From contig OZ247587.1 of the NCBI GenBank assembly GCA_965233865.1, forward strand, positions 1,600,001 to 1,664,000: a DNA stretch of 64,000 nucleotides. The letters are read 5' to 3'. The position numbers and the translations under genes are program-made. Positions 59,366-64,000 of this stretch are shown here, one piece after another. Numbering within the stretch: the stretch's first letter is position 1; each line of letters opens with the position of its first letter. The notes beneath the pieces were generated by a model that saw nothing but the letters and a program-made list of their open reading frames with translations, did no database searches and had not been told where the DNA came from. The DNA is from Candidatus Neptunichlamydia sp. (GTDB lineage: Bacteria; Chlamydiota; Chlamydiia; Chlamydiales; Simkaniaceae).

Positions 59366-59815
59366 GATCCCGAATAAACACAGTAAACATTTTTACCAAT
59401 CTCGGAAAATATTTGCTCTTGGATGCTTTTTGATGCATCGCTCCCTATGAGAGACATGAATTTGGAGGGTCTAGAACTGCTAGCCTCTTCAGGTTGTAGC
59501 AAATGGCCTGAATGAAACTCGCAAACTGATTTTTCACGATTCCTCGGTACGGAACTCTTTTTTCTCGTTGCGAAAAGACCCTCTCATGAGGGGCTCTCAC
59601 CGAATTGTACTAGCGATTCTGTGCACAGGACTTGTACAATACCCCTTGTTCATATAGCTAGCTCCCTGAGAGTGGCATACGTGTTTGAAGCCTGAATCAT
59701 TGTGATAATTAGCCGAAGTAATCACAATCTTGTTGATCAGCCCTATCTGCATGCCTACACTGGTGTGCTGCTTATAACCATACCAATATTTACGCTTCCC
59801 TTTACAAAGGGGTAA
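59365..59815 (-). mobile_element. IS5-family transposase remnant
   Basis: CKGKRKYWYGYKQHTSV..GLINK, NKGY, then SPHERVFS..YRGIVKNQF..ICYNLKRL; boundaries approximate. Confidence 0.7.
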
Positions 59816-59950
59816 CTTCAAAGTTCCCAGCAAGTGGCTCTAATTTCTGGGATCATTATAGTCTGAAGCAAAAAATAGTTGACAATATTTTAATAAAAAA
59901 TTTGACAATCACCGGCATTGCAGATTTTCATAAAAAAAGAATGAAAGACT

Positions 59951-61228
59951 ATGAAAACATATCTCTTTTTATTAAAGTTTCTGCTCCCTTTATATATTTT
60001 TGCAGCAGATGAGCCTATTTTGTATATCCTTAATGGGCTCGGGCCTAATGTCGACGATGGTTATATTTCTAAATTCAACATAGATACTAAAACTCTTGAA
60101 ACAGCAACGTTTGGCGATGGAGTAGTGTATTTTCACTCAAGAATAATGCTAAGCAACGACCGAACAAAGATTTATATATCTAGTGGGGAGTATGGTCCTG
60201 ACGCAATTACAGTATTTAGTACTACTTCTGAACCTCCGACTCTGATTGGCTCATTTGGTCAATCTCCTGACTTGAATCTCCCAGAAGGGTTAGCTTTCAA
60301 TAAAGATGGTACTAAGCTTTATGTTGGTAATTTTACAGGAGGGATCACAACATTTGATATTGATCAAAATACAGGTATGGGAACTAACCCAGACCTGCAT
60401 GATCTTAATCTTGAATCTGGGTTGTATGAATTGATTCCAAATAGGGATAAAACACTTTTATACGCAGTTACAAGGCATACAATCTATGTCTTAAACATGG
60501 ATCCTTTGAGTATACTAGCTACATACGACCTAACTACATACGACAGTGACCCAAGTGCAAGCATGAGAGGATCAGCTACGTCATCAGATAATAAGCTGTA
60601 TGTCACAGAGAGGAATTCAGGTAAAATTCTTGTATTTGAATGGATATCTGGCTCGCTTGAACTGCGCATAGATGAGATTATTGAGGGGCCTGGTGTCCTG
60701 CATAAGCCAGAAGATGTATTTTTTTCTCCAGACGAGAAGCTCTTATATATTGTTAACAGCACTGATGCAGGTGGAGCCTCTGTTGCTAACACAGGAAGCC
60801 TACTTGTGTATGACTTCTCGCTAAGGCAGCTCGAAACTTTAGTCGCTGATGGCAATGGATTAAGTCACCCTTGTTCATTGGCTCCAGGATATCTATTTGG
60901 ATCAGAAGATCCTGGTGATATACCTAATAATTTCCCCATAACAAACGTACAGGCTTTTTGTCGGTTGGATAATTTTTTTAGTGGTTCTTGTTTTTGGAAT
61001 GAAATAAGGTGGATTCTTAAAACAGGTTCTAGAATTGATAAATACAATATTTATAAAAAAGAAAGTGATAAATTTCTTCTAGTAAAAACAATAAATGAAG
61101 GGACGCCCACTGTTTTTACCGATTATGATATTAAATTAAACTCATCATATACTTATGTTATTGAATGTATTGTAGATGGAAAGAAATTTTTTGAAAAAAC
61201 AGTAGTGATTAAGACAAAAAAGAAATGA
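59951..61228 (+). CDS. Secreted YncE/NHL-like beta-propeller with C-terminal Fn3-like domain
   Basis: Signal peptide; repeats PEGLAFNKDGTKLYV, PEDVFFSPDEKLLYI; YNIYK..FTDY..YTYVI. Confidence 0.72.
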   Translation: MKTYLFLLKFLLPLYIFAADEPILYILNGLGPNVDDGYISKFNIDTKTLETATFGDGVVYFHSRIMLSNDRTKIYISSGEYGPDAITVFSTTSEPPTLIGSFGQSPDLNLPEGLAFNKDGTKLYVGNFTGGITTFDIDQNTGMGTNPDLHDLNLESGLYELIPNRDKTLLYAVTRHTIYVLNMDPLSILATYDLTTYDSDPSASMRGSATSSDNKLYVTERNSGKILVFEWISGSLELRIDEIIEGPGVLHKPEDVFFSPDEKLLYIVNSTDAGGASVANTGSLLVYDFSLRQLETLVADGNGLSHPCSLAPGYLFGSEDPGDIPNNFPITNVQAFCRLDNFFSGSCFWNEIRWILKTGSRIDKYNIYKKESDKFLLVKTINEGTPTVFTDYDIKLNSSYTYVIECIVDGKKFFEKTVVIKTKKK

Positions 61229-61461
61229 GCATAGTTGCCGCCGTTTCAACGACGTTCATGGGATACGTTAACCGCATCGTAAATATGCACCGCGAAGAAC
61301 TCAAAAAGAGTGGAAGCAGAGTAAAAGGATGCCTTTTGGTCGCTAGTGCTCCCGGTCAGATGCTTTGTTATTTCCAAGCTTTTCTAACAAAGGCAAGCAA
61401 AGCATGGGGTGAATTTCATGAAAGAGCCTTCCATTTTTTGGAGGCTCTTTCTCTCGATTAA
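61225..61461 (+). CDS. Small hypothetical protein
   Basis: 78-aa ORF whose ATG overlaps the upstream stop (ATGA). Confidence 0.45.
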   Translation: MSIVAAVSTTFMGYVNRIVNMHREELKKSGSRVKGCLLVASAPGQMLCYFQAFLTKASKAWGEFHERAFHFLEALSLD

Positions 61462-61543
61462 TCTACGATAATGACAGCGTCTTGGTTAAAAAAAATATTG
61501 GGGATGCTACCAGTGTCTTCTATTTTTGTCGGTCAAAGAGACT

Positions 61544-62347
61544 TTAATCAGCGGTGCTTCGATGCAAATCGTCATAAAGCTCCCGTTTTGGTCGGTTCAA
61601 AAGTTTAGCCGCGGCCACAAGGGCTTCTTTGGAGCTCACCTCAAATCGCTCTTCTAACTCACGAATCAATGCGCGAGGGTTTTGATCAAAAGGGTCCTCG
61701 AACCCTGGAAAGATTAGAACGTATTCCCCTAGAATTTTCTTTTTTTGGAAATGATCAATTAACTCTTTTGCTGTGCCTTCAAGGGTTTCTTCATATAGCT
61801 TTGTGAGCTCACGTGCGATAAAGATTTTTTTTTCAGAGGCGAGTTCATCGATCCATTTAAGCGTTTTGAGTAGATGGTGGGGAGTTTCATAACAAATTGT
61901 TAGTCCTTGAAAATAGAGGATATCAATGAGTTGGCCCTTTCCTTTCTTCTCTAAAAACCCTACAAATTGGAAATACTCTTCACTTCCATACAAGCTAAGG
62001 GCTGCAATGGCTGCACAGGGGCCTGGAACGACCTCAATTTTTACCCCGCCTTTGCGGCAGCGACGCATCAATTCTGCTCCTGGATCGCAGATCCCGGGTG
62101 TTCCCGCGTCACTAATCAGAGCAATTTTTTTCCCACTCTCTAGTTCTTCCAAGACTTTCTTTTCCCGTTTGCGTTCATTGAACATGTGGAAGCTTAACAT
62201 TTTTGTTTCAATACCATAGTGCCGCAAGAGTACACCACTGGTTCTGGTATCCTCTGCCAAAATCAAATCGACACTTTTTAAAACTTCTACCGCTCGAAAA
62301 GTGATATCTTTCAAATTTCCAATCGGCGTTGACACAACATAAAGCAT
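61544..62347 (-). CDS. rsmI: 16S rRNA (cytidine1402-2'-O)-methyltransferase
   Basis: LYVVSTPIGNL.DIT.RA, AEDTR, SDAGTPGICDPG, RELTKLYE. Confidence 0.95.
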   Translation of the reverse strand: MLYVVSTPIGNLKDITFRAVEVLKSVDLILAEDTRTSGVLLRHYGIETKMLSFHMFNERKREKKVLEELESGKKIALISDAGTPGICDPGAELMRRCRKGGVKIEVVPGPCAAIAALSLYGSEEYFQFVGFLEKKGKGQLIDILYFQGLTICYETPHHLLKTLKWIDELASEKKIFIARELTKLYEETLEGTAKELIDHFQKKKILGEYVLIFPGFEDPFDQNPRALIRELEERFEVSSKEALVAAAKLLNRPKRELYDDLHRSTAD

Positions 62348-62446
62348 AAAGAATCTTTTCTAATGGTTTCAAAAGAAAGGGAAGAAGTAAATGATTTAGG
62401 CCCCTGAATATTAGTCACATAAATTATTTCACTTCTTCCTGCAAAA

Positions 62447-62517
62447 AGGTGGCACCCAGATTCGAACTGGGGATAGAGGCTTTGCAGGCCCCTGCCTTAC
62501 CACTTGGCCATGCCACC
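62447..62517 (-). tRNA. tRNA-Cys(GCA)
   Basis: Reverse complement GGTGGCATGGCCAAGTGGTAAGGCA-GGGGC-CTGCAAA-GCCTC...GTTCGAATCTGGGTGCCACCT. Confidence 0.95.
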
Positions 62518-62561
62518 GCATGGGAGGTTATTGTACAGGATAATCCTAAAAAAAGCAATTC

Positions 62562-63281
62562 TTACTCGAATAACACCTGCTCTTCAAGAAAAAATTTGTT
62601 ATGAAGGCTTTTTTCCAATGCTCTTAGATGTTTTAAGATTTGTCTAAGAGGGAAGCCAGCCATAGAGCTGGTGAGAATCAATCTGTTTAAAAGGCGTTCG
62701 ATTCTTTTGATAGCAAGGCCTACATTGTTGTAAGTGAGCGATGCGCTTATGAGATTATTGAACTCTCTTCTTTTATCCTCCTTGATAATTGGGGATGATT
62801 GCTCGGTTTTAATACATTCACACCGTGCATTTTTAGCTAGGATATCCTTAATATCCTGCGAGGCACCAGCAAATTCACAAGTATCCAAGTAGATTATGCA
62901 AAAGAAGAAAGTTGAAATGAAGTATATCAACGCAATGGAAGTCAGTAGCCTAGTAAAGTGATAGACAGCTGCGTTAATGACAGTGAAGGCTAAAAACGCC
63001 TTAGCAGCATGCCTTGTAAAATACTCGGTAAAGTCAATGACATTTTGAAGTTTATCCAAAGTAGGAAAGCGAAGTTGATCAGATTCTCTGAAGGGGCTAA
63101 ACCCATTGATAAATTCTTCAACACGTTCATCGAGCTCAACTCTGTCCTGAGGGTTTCTCATTAGGTGGTAAGTATCCCATGCTATGGACCTTCCATTCCA
63201 CAAAAACCGTATCAAACCATCCATTCTTATATCCTTGAACCAATGCCTACAATCAATTTCCGGTGTTTTTTTCCTTTGCAT
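62562..63281 (-). CDS. Hypothetical membrane protein with bilobed hydrophobic domain
   Basis: AFLAFTVINAAVYHF-TR-LLTSIALIYFISTFFFCIIYL. Confidence 0.65.
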   Translation of the reverse strand: MQRKKTPEIDCRHWFKDIRMDGLIRFLWNGRSIAWDTYHLMRNPQDRVELDERVEEFINGFSPFRESDQLRFPTLDKLQNVIDFTEYFTRHAAKAFLAFTVINAAVYHFTRLLTSIALIYFISTFFFCIIYLDTCEFAGASQDIKDILAKNARCECIKTEQSSPIIKEDKRREFNNLISASLTYNNVGLAIKRIERLLNRLILTSSMAGFPLRQILKHLRALEKSLHNKFFLEEQVLFE

Positions 63282-63481
63282 TTATCGATCTTGTCCTATT
63301 GACAATCTCCTCAAATGCAAAGAAAAAATCTGCAAGAATATCTATAAAAATCTCAATAAATTGGTTATAGGGGTATGTTCTTAGCATTTTTTCTGTAGAC
63401 AGATTAAACGAAAATAAACTTTTTTTGCACAAGAAATAATCCTTTAATTATAACCCCATAGTGAGATATTTTGGTGAAGCC

Positions 63482-64000
63482 ATGCGAAAAAAACTCAAAG
63501 AAATCGGATCATTTTTTGATCAACGAATCAAACGGGATGAAGTCATTGTTCATGCATCGTTTGATAGCCGCAATGTGCAGAAAGGGACCCTCTTTTTTGC
63601 ATTGACTGGAGAGACTGTTGATGGTCACAACTATTTGGAAGAGTCTGCGAAAAAAGGGGCGATTGCTGCGGTTGTTTCAAGTGACTACCAAGGCGGCAAT
63701 TTTGGTCTAGTTTTGATTCCTGTACCTGATGTAAAACGAGCGCTTCAAGATTTGGCTCAAGAGGTGTTTCGAGAAAAAAGCCCTCTGGTTATTGGGGTTA
63801 CTGGAACTGTAGGGAAAACGACAACTAAAGAATTTCTTGCGACCCTTCTAAAAGAGAAGTTTCGAGTCATGAAAAACCCTGGGAGTTTAAACTCTCAAGT
63901 GGGGCTTCCCCTAACAGTGCTGAACTGGGAAGGACAGGAAGAGATTTTTGTTTTAGAGATGGGAATGAGCAAAAGAGGGGAGATGAGTCGTTTAGTAAAA
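63482..64000 (+). CDS. murF: UDP-MurNAc-tripeptide--D-Ala-D-Ala ligase, 3'-partial
   Basis: Manual translation: DSRNV..GTLFFAL.G..DGH, IGVTGTVGKTTTKE, NSQVGLPLT, VLEMGMS..GEM. Confidence 0.92.
   Translation, partial: MRKKLKEIGSFFDQRIKRDEVIVHASFDSRNVQKGTLFFALTGETVDGHNYLEESAKKGAIAAVVSSDYQGGNFGLVLIPVPDVKRALQDLAQEVFREKSPLVIGVTGTVGKTTTKEFLATLLKEKFRVMKNPGSLNSQVGLPLTVLNWEGQEEIFVLEMGMSKRGEMSRLVK

Noticed and set aside
1..64000. CRISPR array, rRNA, tmRNA, prophage or integron integrase
   Set aside because: No regularly spaced direct repeats, rRNA-like tracts, phage genes or tyrosine recombinase were seen; the many short antisense ORFs in the track are shadows of real genes

Overview
Chromosomal segment of an environmental chlamydia (Chlamydiota, most likely Simkaniaceae-like). 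The assignment is inferred from the SWIB, SET, plastid-type PlsB and UGP3-like genes and from gene order matching the chlamydial blocks truA-ispD-SWIB-prfB-GNAT-yebC, ptr-plsB-rng-plsX-rpmF and rnpA-rpmH-rpmJ-rpsN...uvrC-mutS-dnaG. The window holds about 50 CDS, three tRNAs (Leu-CAA, Arg-CCT, Cys-GCA) and clear signs of ongoing genome decay: a degenerate IS3, an IS5 nested inside another IS5, two IS630 remnants, a further IS5 remnant and several pseudogenes. The most notable features not visible in the ORF track are: (i) a 93-bp TA-targeting MITE with IS630-type ends, present twice and splitting a gene each time; (ii) two other palindromic miniature elements; (iii) a symmetric site-palindrome-site structure at 18.4 kb; (iv) an outer-membrane beta-barrel gene frameshifted at a T8 tract; (v) adenylate kinase and PdxH homologues carrying signal-peptide-like N-termini; (vi) apparent pseudo-enzymes (AstE-like lacking Zn ligands, DsbH-like lacking CXXC). 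All family calls come from motif recognition by eye; no database searches were run.
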